The notes: generated by a model from the letters alone, not told the origin. A stretch of 64,000 bases of DNA from Oligoflexia bacterium (GCA_903845155.1 CAIMWN010000266.1:3517-67516); one strand, 5' to 3'; counted from the first letter of the stretch, positions 38,054-48,106 are shown. Program-made: numbers and translations.

Positions 38054-39005
38054 TCACGCTCAGCATTTTCATCAATTTATGTTTGCGATGAGTGATTTCT
38101 TCTCTGGTGAGTGTTTTCAGGCGGCCAATGCTAAAATCTTGAATAGTGAAACTTGCCATTACCGTTCCTTGAATTACGGCACGTCTCAAAAGTTCATCCC
38201 AAGCGGCTGGATCTTCTTTAATCATTTTACGATTAGCGCCGTGTTCAGCGAGGAAGCCCACTACTGCACCGGCGAAACTGTCGCCCGCGCCAGTCGGATC
38301 AATGACCTCTTCTACTAAACAAGCTGGTGCAAGAAATACACTGTGAGGTGTGAATAATGCGGAACCGTATTCGCCGCGTTTGATGATGACGGTGGAAGGG
38401 CCCATTTTTTGAATTTTTTTCGCTGCTTTTTCAAGACTTTTCTCGTCGGAAAGGAGGAATGCTTCTTTTTCGTTAATGCAAAGGAGATCAACGAGTTTCA
38501 GGGTTTTCTTTAGTTCCTCTGGTTTACCTGTAATCCAAAAATTCATAGAATCCATGGCAACGAGCTCATGTGTTTTCATTTGTTCCATGACGTTTTGTTG
38601 AAGGACGGGGTCAATATTTGCCAAAAATACAATTGGACAATCGACGTGGGTGCTAGGAAGTTTTGGGTCAAAATGTTCAAACACATTCAGCGCAGTGGCA
38701 AGAGTTTTTGCTTCATTCATGTTGGAGTCATATTCGCCAACCCAGTGAAAGGTCTTTCCTTTGACGACTTGCACTCCGGTGATATCAATGTTTCTTTTAC
38801 TTAAAAACTGAAGATGTTCGGTTGGAAAGTCTTCTCCCACCACGGCAACAATTTTAATCTGTGTAAACAGAGAAGCGGCGAGGGAAAAGTAGTTCACTGA
38901 GCCTCCCAAAACTTGATCTGCTTTTCCCGCTGGAGTGCGAACCGAGTCAAATGCCATAGAGCCCACTGATAAAATAGTACGATGTTGTTTTTGAGTCATG
39001 GCCAC
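38046..39005 (-). CDS. PfkB-family carbohydrate/nucleoside kinase
   Basis: C-terminal PfkB signature DPTGAGDSFAGAVV. N-terminal GG dipeptide region. Confidence 0.8.
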   Translation of the reverse strand: MAMTQKQHRTILSVGSMAFDSVRTPAGKADQVLGGSVNYFSLAASLFTQIKIVAVVGEDFPTEHLQFLSKRNIDITGVQVVKGKTFHWVGEYDSNMNEAKTLATALNVFEHFDPKLPSTHVDCPIVFLANIDPVLQQNVMEQMKTHELVAMDSMNFWITGKPEELKKTLKLVDLLCINEKEAFLLSDEKSLEKAAKKIQKMGPSTVIIKRGEYGSALFTPHSVFLAPACLVEEVIDPTGAGDSFAGAVVGFLAEHGANRKMIKEDPAAWDELLRRAVIQGTVMASFTIQDFSIGRLKTLTREEITHRKHKLMKMLSVNE

Positions 39006-39010
39006 AGAGT

Positions 39011-39616
39011 CTAATAGCGGATTTCTTTCGGGTCAACGATATTACGCCTTGCATAAGGCTTTGAAGGCCTAATATTTTGAATTTGGGGTGTTTTTGCAAG
39101 AAAATCGCTCATTTTCTCAAAGCCGGAGATACCGGAACCGAGCAAAATCCACTCTACTGGTTTGTTGGACCGAGCGGCCTGAGTCAGGTTGGTGCGGGTC
39201 CAAAGTTCAGCGCCTGGGTGGGAAGGATAAGGGCTTTTAGGAATGTAAATTGCGGTGCCATCTTTGGTAACCCAGATTTTTGATTCCTTTGAGTAAGCAG
39301 AAGGGTGAGTTTTAAGAACCGAGGACCAGTCGCCCAGTGAATGTTGCAGTTGAAAATTGGATTGGGTGAGTTGAGCATTCCAAACTATTTCGGGCAGCCA
39401 GTGATTTTGTCTAAAAGTTTGTAAACCTCGCTCTTCTGAAAGGTTCATACTCATAAAGCCGAGCAAGATTGAAATAAAGACAAAGGCTAAACCTCGAACA
39501 AGTTTTAGTTTCTCAGGATCTGCGACTGTCTTAAAACGTGGTAACGAAATTGTTCGTAGTTTTTTAAGAAAATCTGGCTCATGGCAAAAATGCTGAAAAA
39601 AACGATGCTGCTCCAT
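39011..39616 (-). CDS. hypothetical single-pass membrane protein
   Basis: One TM helix (LAFVFISILLGFMSM). No recognised motif. Confidence 0.35.
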   Translation of the reverse strand: MEQHRFFQHFCHEPDFLKKLRTISLPRFKTVADPEKLKLVRGLAFVFISILLGFMSMNLSEERGLQTFRQNHWLPEIVWNAQLTQSNFQLQHSLGDWSSVLKTHPSAYSKESKIWVTKDGTAIYIPKSPYPSHPGAELWTRTNLTQAARSNKPVEWILLGSGISGFEKMSDFLAKTPQIQNIRPSKPYARRNIVDPKEIRY

Positions 39617-39667
39617 AAAATGCTCTCCAATAGGATTGAGCCCCGGTTATCGGTGACTCGTTTGAGA

Positions 39668-40447
39668 TTACTGTGACCAATATATTTTCCAACCATGCAG
39701 TGGCCCTGTTCTTTCTAGGTTTGCGACCGAAATTAGGTTTTTATACTCCAATGAAAGATCGAAGCTCTTTTTCTTTAAAGCTAAGAGAAATGAAGTGGTT
39801 TTAGTTTCAACAAGATCAGTTTTATCACCCTTGATGATGGGGAAATCAAAGGAGGGGAAATTGTTTTTTACAGTTGACTCAGGAAGTGTGCAGCGTGCCG
39901 CCAGCATTGGGGTTTTCCAGATGTAAGATTGTTCTAGCCAGTAAATCTTCGCGCTCATTTGAATGCCTCGCTCGACTTTGGCGGCAGCATCAAAAAATTT
40001 CAAAAAGCCCGGGCAGGCTAGAATAGTGGCGCAGCCCTCGGTCGTAATGGCGCGTTCTACTTCTAGACGTTCGTAGGACTCCTCTAGTGTTTTGGCTGCC
40101 GCACGTAAACCCATCACAAACCGCCCGGTGCACTGATCCATATTAATTTGAACTCTTGCTAGGTCTTGAGTTCGGTAAATAATCCCGATAAGACCTACTC
40201 CTACAATAATTGCAACAACTGTGAGGCATCCTCCGAGAGTCGAGAAGCCTCGTTCATCAAGTCGGGAAGCGATAGTGCCCCTTTGTCTTGATCGAGTGAC
40301 TCTAGATCTTCCAAATGTATATTCTCGGTAATGGAGGAGCAATGTTGCTCGTAGTCTACTGTGGAGCGAGTTTGAATAAGCTGCTGTCTTGCGGTAAAAA
40401 AAGCTTCGTAAGCGCATTTTGAACGACTCCATTCTAAGTGAAACCAT
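39668..40447 (-). CDS. hypothetical membrane protein (possible pseudopilin-like; start uncertain)
   Basis: TM helix LTVVAIIVGVGLIGIIY. The Arg-rich N-terminal 70 aa overlap the tadE-like ORF out of frame. There is no canonical start codon near the TM. Confidence 0.3.
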   Translation of the reverse strand: MVSLRMESFKMRLRSFFYRKTAAYSNSLHSRLRATLLLHYREYTFGRSRVTRSRQRGTIASRLDERGFSTLGGCLTVVAIIVGVGLIGIIYRTQDLARVQINMDQCTGRFVMGLRAAAKTLEESYERLEVERAITTEGCATILACPGFLKFFDAAAKVERGIQMSAKIYWLEQSYIWKTPMLAARCTLPESTVKNNFPSFDFPIIKGDKTDLVETKTTSFLLALKKKSFDLSLEYKNLISVANLERTGPLHGWKIYWSQ

Positions 40448-40530
40448 AGTGTTGCTCCAAAAACGAGAGGAAGTAGGATGAGGAGTAATGAGAGATTGAA
40501 CTCCAGAAGTACCTGGCCCCGTTGTTCCAT
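40201..40530 (-). CDS. TadE-like pilus assembly (pseudopilin) protein
   Basis: The internal Met gives MEQRGQVLLEFNLSLLLILLPLVFG, matching the TadE-like N-terminal motif. The ORF is open to 40596. Confidence 0.55.
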   Translation of the reverse strand: MEQRGQVLLEFNLSLLLILLPLVFGATLWFHLEWSRSKCAYEAFFTARQQLIQTRSTVDYEQHCSSITENIHLEDLESLDQDKGALSLPDLMNEASRLSEDASQLLQLL

Positions 40531-40537
40531 GTTCGCC

Positions 40538-40798
40538 TCAGCTTCCTTCTGAGCCACCTGGCGCTGCCTTAGAGCCGTTGGTGCCGCTACTGCCATGAAC
40601 GCTTTCGATGGTTACTGTTTCGAGACTCCGATGTACTTGCTCTAATTTCTGGTAAATGGTTGTGCCAATGCTCTTTGATGCGGCAATGGATCCTACTGCA
40701 ATCAGTAAAACAAGAACGAGATACTCGCTCATTCCTTGGCCACTTTCGCTTACCTGATACTGTTTAATGAGTTGAAAGATCCCTTTTGGTCTATACAT
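40538..40798 (-). CDS. flp: Flp-family type IVb prepilin
   Basis: G/xxxxEY processing motif (SGQGMSEYLVLVLLIAVGSIAA) followed by a hydrophobic helix. Confidence 0.65.
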   Translation of the reverse strand: MYRPKGIFQLIKQYQVSESGQGMSEYLVLVLLIAVGSIAASKSIGTTIYQKLEQVHRSLETVTIESVHGSSGTNGSKAAPGGSEGS

Positions 40799-40902
40799 AC
40801 GCTCTCCTTGTTTGATGGTTAAAAAATTGACGCTACATCAGTCTTATTTCAATTTTCGAGCCAATTGACTTTGCGCCGAACCCACCGCAGAATGAAGGTA
40901 AT

Positions 40903-41529
40903 ATGCAAAAAACTGAAAAGTTTTTTATCTTTAGTTGGAAAGAAATCACTGTCATTGCGCTACTTTTCGTAATCACGATTGGGTTCTTTTTTACACTCGG
41001 TCTCCATTATGGAAAAAATCTGCACTTGATGACACCGCCATCTGAAGTGGCCGGAAAGTTGGAAGAGAGTCCTGAAGCACTACCTTCAAAAGATACTCTC
41101 GAGCAAGCTTCACAACATGCAATGGTGGCGACTCAAGAAGTGATCAAAAAAACTACGGACGAAGAAGTGGGTAAGTCTGGCGTAAAGGTGGATATTGCCA
41201 AACCTGTTGATCTGCCTAAAGAAAAAATCGAAGAGACTCCTGCGGCGGTAGCGGAAGATACAGCGGAAAAGCCAGTTCAGAAGAAAACTGAAAGCCATTT
41301 TGCAATTCAATTAGGGTCTTACCCCAGTAAACCAGAAGCCCAAGCTAAAATTAAAGTGTTGATTAAAAGAGGGTTGCGGCCTGAGATTAGAACCGCTGTG
41401 GTGAATGGTCAGACTCGCTTTCGCGTCGTTCTTGTTGGTTTTAAAGAAAAGCAAGTCGCTGATCAAAAGGGCAAAGAACTTCGCACTAAGAGAAAAATTG
41501 AAAACTTCATTGTCATTAAATCAGAGTAA
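40903..41529 (+). CDS. SPOR-domain (peptidoglycan-binding) membrane protein
   Basis: N-terminal TM. C-terminal SPOR-like FAIQLGSYPSKPEAQAKI...RFRVVLVGF. Confidence 0.6.
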   Translation: MQKTEKFFIFSWKEITVIALLFVITIGFFFTLGLHYGKNLHLMTPPSEVAGKLEESPEALPSKDTLEQASQHAMVATQEVIKKTTDEEVGKSGVKVDIAKPVDLPKEKIEETPAAVAEDTAEKPVQKKTESHFAIQLGSYPSKPEAQAKIKVLIKRGLRPEIRTAVVNGQTRFRVVLVGFKEKQVADQKGKELRTKRKIENFIVIKSE

Positions 41530-41546
41530 AATTGTCTAACGACCTA

Positions 41547-42542
41547 TTAGGCTTTCCGCTTTTGTTCATTCAATTTGTCTAGTTCTTGGATTAGCCAAAA
41601 AGCGCGATATTCAAAAATAATTTTCTTCAGATCGTATTGAACTTCTATGCAATTGGCATCGGTGAGCAGGATGTCGTTTAAAAAACCTTGCTCTTGAAGT
41701 TCTTGCAAAAAAAGCTGTTGAATGCCTGCAGCTTTGAGTGAAGGGGCGATGTTCACCTTCATGAAGTGGTCGGCAGCTTTTACAGATTTTGAAAGGTTTT
41801 GCATGACCAAAGAGAGAATAATAAATCCGCGGGGGGTTAGTATTCTTTTCTTGGAGGGTTCAGCCAGATTTTGTTCGTTGATAAAAAGGATGATTTGATC
41901 GATAAATTTAATATCGGTCAGAAAAAGACCATCCTTTAATATTTCAATTTTCTTAAACAGTTCAATTAAACTGATCACCTTGGCGTTATTCACCTGAAGA
42001 ATTTGCCCCGCAAATCGTTCTAGCAGTTCTTGGGGAAATTCAATTCCTTCGGTAGTATTGTTTTTTCCATAGCGAGCGGCAACGGCAAGGAGAGCGGTAC
42101 AAAAACGGAGCAACTCGCTATTGGTGATAAAAAAGAACTCGCGCGAACGATTTCCATATTTATCCACTTCATAATCGGTAGTCGCGCTTTCCAGAAGTCT
42201 TATTTTATTGTTTGCGGAACGAATTCTACCGGTGATGGTCTTGATCAGTAAGTGAATCCAATCGGGCATTTTCGAAAGCGCATCGTTAAATACATCGGCT
42301 GAAATCTCAACCACATCGCAATCGGTAAGGGCCTCAGCAGAAGCGGAGCGTGGATTGTGATCAAAAAACGAAAGTTCTCCGATAATCTGTCCGGCACGGA
42401 TAGTATCGATTTCAATATCGCTGTCGCTTTTTTGTTTGTAAATACGAATTGAGCCTTTTTTGACAAGATAAAGATTCTTAGTCAAATCGCCCTCATGGAA
42501 AAGCGGTTCACCTTGTTTCAACTTGATTTCTTTTTGCCCCAT
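41547..42542 (-). CDS. cyclic-nucleotide-binding domain protein with uncharacterised C-terminal domain
   Basis: cNMP-binding signature GQIIGELSFF...RSA.A within an N-terminal CAP-like beta-roll. 331 aa. Confidence 0.7.
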   Translation of the reverse strand: MGQKEIKLKQGEPLFHEGDLTKNLYLVKKGSIRIYKQKSDSDIEIDTIRAGQIIGELSFFDHNPRSASAEALTDCDVVEISADVFNDALSKMPDWIHLLIKTITGRIRSANNKIRLLESATTDYEVDKYGNRSREFFFITNSELLRFCTALLAVAARYGKNNTTEGIEFPQELLERFAGQILQVNNAKVISLIELFKKIEILKDGLFLTDIKFIDQIILFINEQNLAEPSKKRILTPRGFIILSLVMQNLSKSVKAADHFMKVNIAPSLKAAGIQQLFLQELQEQGFLNDILLTDANCIEVQYDLKKIIFEYRAFWLIQELDKLNEQKRKA

Positions 42543-42543
42543 T

Positions 42544-44877
42544 TTATTTGCTCCTCATTTCAATGGTTCCGTCCCAGCCTTCTGGGGGGGGGTTTTTAAT
42601 GAATACTTCAATTCGTTCAATGAAAATTGCACACACCGGATCTTCAGTACCGAACTGTTGTTGGTAGAGTTCGTTTGATTTCTTAAAAAGGGCGGTGGCG
42701 TCATCCCATTTTCGACGTTTGAGATCGTCTTTGGCGAGATAGAAAAGCTCCAGGGCCTTTTCATTAATTGCTTCCGGTAGTATTTCAATTAAGTCGGCAG
42801 CGTTCGATTTGCCTTTGACTTTTACTACGTCTAAAACTCGGTAGTGAATCTGGCTTTTAAATTCGGCAGGAAGCGCATCTAGTGTATAACGGGTACTGAG
42901 AATGCCTGTGCCGTATAGTCGGGTGAGACTTTCTAAGCGTGATGCAAGATTGACGTGATCACCGATAACGGTGTATTCAAAAATTCTCTTTGATCCCATG
43001 TTTCCGACACTGACGACGCCCGAATTGATTCCAACACCCATACTGACCTCTGCTCCATATTTTTCTTTGAAATAGGGTGCAATCTCAAGAATCCTTTTTT
43101 GCATTTTAATGCCTGCAAGGCAGGCCCTGACTGCGTGATCGCTTTGTTCGAGTGGTGCCCCCCAAAATGCCATGACGGCATCCCCGATATACTTGTCGAG
43201 TGTGCCGCCATATTCAAAAATAATTTCAGTCATTTCTGTGAGGTATTCATTTAAAAACTGAGAAAGCAATTTTGGCTCTAATTTTTCTGAAAGAGTGGTA
43301 AAGCCTCTTAGGTCTGAAAATAAGATTGAAAGTTCTTTTCTCTCACCGCCCACGGTAAGTTTTGAAGGATCTTTTAAAACCATTTCCACAACTGATGGTG
43401 CAAGGTAGTGAGAAAATGCAGATTTGATGTGCTTCTTGTTTCGTTCTTCGATGATATAGCGGAGAGAAAGGATCACCGCAAAGATGACGCTGATCTCAAG
43501 AACAAGAAACCCGGTTGGAAGATTGATATTATTGTGAAACAGGTATGTTATATCAACAAAACCAAGAAGCGCATTGAATCCCGCGAATACGAGTAGACTG
43601 GGGATTGCTTCAAATCTAGAAAATAGAATTGCAAAGAGTAAACCCAATAAAATCAGTAGACTGATAGGGAGCCAATCTTTCTGAATGCTGCTTGCTGATC
43701 TTAACTCATCACCAGATAAAAGGTTGTCCAAGGCTGTCGCGTGTCCTTCCACTCCGGCAGTATTAGAATCGAAGGGGAATGCTCGCATATCGTAGAGCCC
43801 GATAGCAGTGACTCCGAAAAGAGCGATGCTGCCACTGAGCTTGTCTTGTATTTCAGCTTTTAGTTTTTCATCATCTCCGTTTGCTGCAATTAAAATGTCA
43901 TTCGCTGAAACATAAGTAAAGGATTGAGCAGGTCCACGAAAATTCAAATCAATGTAAGCGAGACGGGTGACTGGAATAGGGTTGGTTTCCTCTTTGCTAA
44001 AGTAGACCCGTTCGATACGCGCATCATTGGTGAATTTCACTTTGACCGTGTCATTGTTCACGAGCGCTGCAAGTTCGAGTGCCAGGGCCGGAAATAATTT
44101 ATTCTGATTTACCGCAAAAAGTGGGTAACGCCTAATGTAACCGTCGGAGTCGGGATCTACTCCAAAGTGTCCGGCGTGGTCTGCAGCGTCGCGGAAAAGT
44201 GGGATATTAAATACTCCCGTCAACATGACGCTCATGGATGTTTTGTGAATCGTGTCTAACGAAAGTGGGATGTCCTCACCCAATGCGAATTTCGAAATGC
44301 TTTCCTGTACTTCTTTATTGAGTTCTTCGTTCCCAACTGGACAATCCTCTGGCTTATCAGCATAACGGGGCTGGCAGGTTTTATTGGGTGTATACCCGAG
44401 CACAATCCTGTCTTTGTAATGCTCAAATACTTGAGCAAGCTGCGGATCACTTTCAAACTGCTTTAATTGCTCAGCTAACTTCGGGTTTTTCCCTTTTATT
44501 GCTTCATATGCTTCTTTCGGAATCCGATTTTCTTCTTCAGAGAAAACGGTATCGATTCCCATGTACTTTACGCCAAGCTTAAATGCAGAATGAAAGAGAA
44601 GTGCATAAATGTCGCGATGCCAAGGCCATCGGCCAATATTGGCGACCGAATAGTCATCAGCTGCAATAATTACAATTTTTTGTTTTGGTTTTTCAGGTCC
44701 ACGAATTTTAAATTTAAAATTGGTCATGGCTCCATTTACCGATCTCGTAAATGAGTAAATGTTCTCTCGGAGAAAGGGTGAGTCCAAGCGCCCTTGTTCG
44801 CCTAGGTCAAAAGTGAGCTGAAATACCGTAAAAACGCCAACAATGGGGATAGCGACGAGCCAGAGTGGAAATTTCAT
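42544..44877 (-). CDS. CHASE2-sensor class III adenylate/guanylate cyclase
   Basis: N-terminal TM plus extracytoplasmic domain. TM bundle. C-terminal cyclase homology domain FSDLRGFT...GDAVMAFWGAP...GINSGVVSVGNMGS. Confidence 0.8.
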   Translation of the reverse strand: MKFPLWLVAIPIVGVFTVFQLTFDLGEQGRLDSPFLRENIYSFTRSVNGAMTNFKFKIRGPEKPKQKIVIIAADDYSVANIGRWPWHRDIYALLFHSAFKLGVKYMGIDTVFSEEENRIPKEAYEAIKGKNPKLAEQLKQFESDPQLAQVFEHYKDRIVLGYTPNKTCQPRYADKPEDCPVGNEELNKEVQESISKFALGEDIPLSLDTIHKTSMSVMLTGVFNIPLFRDAADHAGHFGVDPDSDGYIRRYPLFAVNQNKLFPALALELAALVNNDTVKVKFTNDARIERVYFSKEETNPIPVTRLAYIDLNFRGPAQSFTYVSANDILIAANGDDEKLKAEIQDKLSGSIALFGVTAIGLYDMRAFPFDSNTAGVEGHATALDNLLSGDELRSASSIQKDWLPISLLILLGLLFAILFSRFEAIPSLLVFAGFNALLGFVDITYLFHNNINLPTGFLVLEISVIFAVILSLRYIIEERNKKHIKSAFSHYLAPSVVEMVLKDPSKLTVGGERKELSILFSDLRGFTTLSEKLEPKLLSQFLNEYLTEMTEIIFEYGGTLDKYIGDAVMAFWGAPLEQSDHAVRACLAGIKMQKRILEIAPYFKEKYGAEVSMGVGINSGVVSVGNMGSKRIFEYTVIGDHVNLASRLESLTRLYGTGILSTRYTLDALPAEFKSQIHYRVLDVVKVKGKSNAADLIEILPEAINEKALELFYLAKDDLKRRKWDDATALFKKSNELYQQQFGTEDPVCAIFIERIEVFIKNPPPEGWDGTIEMRSK

Positions 44878-45482
44878 GAAAGTGCCGGTTTCTTAATCTT
44901 TTTTTTAATCGTAAAAAATAGAGCGAGTGTAACGACTAACCCTAATAATCCAAACTGAAATTCTTTGAGCGTATCGACCACTTGATCAATATGGGTACTG
45001 GCGAGATAAGCGGCCCCCATGAGTGCGGGTAAGTAGATCAGTGTTGAGCCTGCATTCATGAGAAGAAAGATTTTTGGTTTTACTTGCAGCGAACCCGCAG
45101 TAAAATAAAGCACAGTTCGGATCAGTGGCAGGAATCTCACGAGGAAAATAAACTTGGTTCCTTTTTTATTGAGGTACGTTTCCGCCATCTCGACCTTCTC
45201 TGCTTTGATTACCCAACTGACTGGTCTCACGCGAATGAGTTTTTTCCCCCAGCGCCTGGCAACGAAGAAATTAATGCTGTCGCCACACATGAGCGCTACG
45301 AATCCAAGGACGATCATGATCCAAAGCTGAAAGTATCCCATGCTGGAGAGTACTGCAGAGGTAATAAACATAAAGTCGGAGTTCAAGGGTAAGCCAATAC
45401 AGCAAAAGGTGATGATCATAAAAAAAATGAGATAACCCATCGGGCTTGCGAAATGGGTGAGGAATTCTCGTGCTTGATCCAT
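44874..45482 (-). CDS. DedA-family (VTT domain) membrane protein
   Basis: Conserved DedA pattern FLVRFLPLIRTVLYFTAGS. Several TM helices. Confidence 0.65.
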   Translation of the reverse strand: MDQAREFLTHFASPMGYLIFFMIITFCCIGLPLNSDFMFITSAVLSSMGYFQLWIMIVLGFVALMCGDSINFFVARRWGKKLIRVRPVSWVIKAEKVEMAETYLNKKGTKFIFLVRFLPLIRTVLYFTAGSLQVKPKIFLLMNAGSTLIYLPALMGAAYLASTHIDQVVDTLKEFQFGLLGLVVTLALFFTIKKKIKKPALS

Positions 45483-45581
45483 GATTAAATTTTAGAATGT
45501 TTTAGTGATTTTGCGCAGAAAAAAGCACTAGCGATGGAGCAATTCTGAGTGCCAATTTTTTGAACGTCAAATCTATGGGCT

Positions 45582-46853
45582 TCAGGCCCCTAGGATGGTG
45601 CGCCTCAAAAGATCGAGGGCTGAGATCGCCGCCCGTTCTTTACTTCGTTCACGATTATTCTCATAAATAAAACATCGAGCAAAAGTCTCTTTTGGTGTTG
45701 CGATCGCAATCCACACCGTGCCGATTTTGGCATGTGAATCGCCTCCACTTGGACCCAAATATCCCGTTGTGGATATTCCAAAAGAGGTGTTCCATTTCTT
45801 ACGAATTCCCTCCGCCATCGCCTTTGCGACGGCTTCGGAAACCACGCCATTCTTTAGAATCAACTCCGGTAAGACGTTCAATTCCGTTTCTTTGAGTGTC
45901 GTTTGATATGCAACCAAAGTGCCGCGAAGTACATCTGATGCCCCTGGGACCTGCGTGAGTAGATGGCTGATTAAGCCGCCGGTACAGCTTTCAGCAAGCG
46001 AGAGAGATTTGTGTTGATCGTTCAGAGTTTTGACGATGAGTGATTCTAACGTAAGAGGTTCGAGCCCAAAAAAATCTTCGCCGCAACATTGAATGAGCTC
46101 CTGTAAGAGTGAGTGAAATTGGATCTCATCCTCCGGCGTTTTTGAAAACATTTGTAAGCGGAGTCTTACTTGCATTGCATTTGGCAGAAATGCGAGATTC
46201 ACGTTCGGAAGTGTTTTTATTTTTTGAACAAAGGAGTCACATTTTAGTGCAAGGGCGCTTTCGCCCATGCCAGTAGTGAGAAGTGTTTCTTTCAAAATTT
46301 TCTCGCCACTTCCCGTTGTTAACTTTGAAAGTATCGGAAGCACGAATCGTTCTAGCATGCTCTTCATTTCATGCGGCACGCCGGGGACGACAAAAATCTC
46401 CACCATTTTTTTAGCATCATGAAGATGAGGCACTTTAAAATACTGACCGGCCGCTGTTCCGCAGTCGTTATTAATACGCGTGGCAGTTTGAAGTAAATAC
46501 CCTTGCTTCTTATTGTTTTCACTCATCACCCGATTTCTCGCCTTGAAGAAACGTTCTATCTGTGCGATCCACGCTTCATCGTAAACAAGGGGAATGGCGA
46601 AATGTTGAGAAAGCGCTTCCATTGTAACGTCGTCGTGAGTGGGGCCGAGTCCTCCACCAATAATGATCACGTCGGATCGACTCACTAGATAATCAAGCGC
46701 TTCATGGATGGCTGCAACCGCATCGCCGACACTGAGGTGTTGTGTAACGCTGAGGCCAGTTTCCGTCAATTTTTCGCTGATCCACTGAACGTTAGAGTTT
46801 AATACCTGTCCGATGAGTAATTCGTCCCCGATAGTGAGCAAACTAGCTCGCAT
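45582..46853 (-). CDS. cinA: CinA-family competence/damage-inducible protein (NMN amidohydrolase domain)
   Basis: N-terminus MRASLLTIGDELLIGQVLNSN (MoCF-binding-like). C-terminal CinA domain LAESCTGGL. Confidence 0.85.
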   Translation of the reverse strand: MRASLLTIGDELLIGQVLNSNVQWISEKLTETGLSVTQHLSVGDAVAAIHEALDYLVSRSDVIIIGGGLGPTHDDVTMEALSQHFAIPLVYDEAWIAQIERFFKARNRVMSENNKKQGYLLQTATRINNDCGTAAGQYFKVPHLHDAKKMVEIFVVPGVPHEMKSMLERFVLPILSKLTTGSGEKILKETLLTTGMGESALALKCDSFVQKIKTLPNVNLAFLPNAMQVRLRLQMFSKTPEDEIQFHSLLQELIQCCGEDFFGLEPLTLESLIVKTLNDQHKSLSLAESCTGGLISHLLTQVPGASDVLRGTLVAYQTTLKETELNVLPELILKNGVVSEAVAKAMAEGIRKKWNTSFGISTTGYLGPSGGDSHAKIGTVWIAIATPKETFARCFIYENNRERSKERAAISALDLLRRTILGA

Positions 46854-46987
46854 GCTTTCTCCTTGTGAATATTTTAGTCAAAATATTGCTACTACTTCAT
46901 TGCGTATGCTTCAGATAAACTGAACTTAGCCTGTGTTTAGGTTAAAAGTTTAATGTAAAATGAATGTTTTGAAAGGATAAAGATACA

Positions 46988-47680
46988 GTGAAATTTTCGA
47001 GATTATTTTTAGTGATGATTGCTGCCGCCCTGTCTATGCATTTCGCACATGCTCAACAAGATCCCTTGTCGAAAGTGATGGTCGCAGCGGATGACGGAAC
47101 GACAAACATTTCGACGGTCAGTTTGGTGATGTGTAGCGCTTCGCTTCCGGTTGGGACGGTTTGTTGGACTGGTAAATCGATTAGCCGAACTGCGCGAAAT
47201 GGAGTGCCAAAGCCGTTAAGCAGTTACGAGCTTAGAACTTACATGAGTTCACTCGGAACGAAAAAAGTTACGCTTCACGCCAACTGCGAGGCAAGTGTAA
47301 AGCCAATGGGGGAAGTGGTTCATCAATTTAACGGTTGCACAGCAAGCGGTGCAAATGAAGTTGAAGCCTATCGACAGCTTGAAGCAAGACTGAATTCAAA
47401 TGCAAGTGCAATGCACGCTAGAAACGGCTCAGTTAAAGATCCTTGTGACCGTTGCACTTTAAATCAGGTTTATTATCAAGACCATGGTCAATGGATTGCA
47501 TTTTCAAAAGAAAAGTTAACAGAAACACAGGAAAAAGTTACAGCTGTAAACGCAAGTGAAATGGATGCCAGCACTAAAGCCGCAAAAGATACTACCGCAC
47601 CGGCGCCAAAAGAGCAGGGAGGGGGTGCTTACGCCCCTAAGGCTAATGATGGTGCTCCCGACTTTCATCCTCATCATTAA
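46988..47680 (+). CDS. secreted Cys-containing hypothetical protein
   Basis: Signal peptide MKFSRLFLVMIAAALSMHFAHA. Eight Cys. C-terminal HPHH. Confidence 0.4.
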   Translation: MKFSRLFLVMIAAALSMHFAHAQQDPLSKVMVAADDGTTNISTVSLVMCSASLPVGTVCWTGKSISRTARNGVPKPLSSYELRTYMSSLGTKKVTLHANCEASVKPMGEVVHQFNGCTASGANEVEAYRQLEARLNSNASAMHARNGSVKDPCDRCTLNQVYYQDHGQWIAFSKEKLTETQEKVTAVNASEMDASTKAAKDTTAPAPKEQGGGAYAPKANDGAPDFHPHH

Positions 47681-47689
47681 AACGGAAAG

Positions 47690-48082
47690 TTAGATTTCAT
47701 ATAATTCGAGAGGCTGCCCGTTTGGATCATTAAAAAAAGTGAATCGTCTTCCGGTCAATTCATCGAGACGGATTGCTTCTGCCTCTATGCCGTTTGAGCG
47801 AAGGTGTTCAACTGCAGTTTCTATGTTTGTTACTTCAAACGAAAGGTGCCGAAGGCCCTTGGCTTCGGGGTAAGAGGCTCTTTCTTTGTATTCGGGAAAT
47901 GAAAAGAGTTCTATTTGAGTACCCCCGTTGACTTCGAGATCCAGTTTGTACGAGTTTCTATGGTCACGAAAGGTCTCACGGATGATTTTAAATCCTAAAA
48001 TACTGGAGTAAAAATTTTTACAGGAGTCGTAAAGGTCGTTGCTCGTCAGGATGGCTACGTGGTGAATGCGGGTAATATTCAT
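47690..48082 (-). CDS. VOC-family (glyoxalase/bleomycin-resistance-like) protein
   Basis: 130 aa. The HHVAI...E...H...E metal-ligand arrangement is typical of glyoxalase I-like folds. Confidence 0.7.
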   Translation of the reverse strand: MNITRIHHVAILTSNDLYDSCKNFYSSILGFKIIRETFRDHRNSYKLDLEVNGGTQIELFSFPEYKERASYPEAKGLRHLSFEVTNIETAVEHLRSNGIEAEAIRLDELTGRRFTFFNDPNGQPLELYEI

Positions 48083-48106
48083 TGGAATTGTGCTAGCGAT
48101 CTAGGT

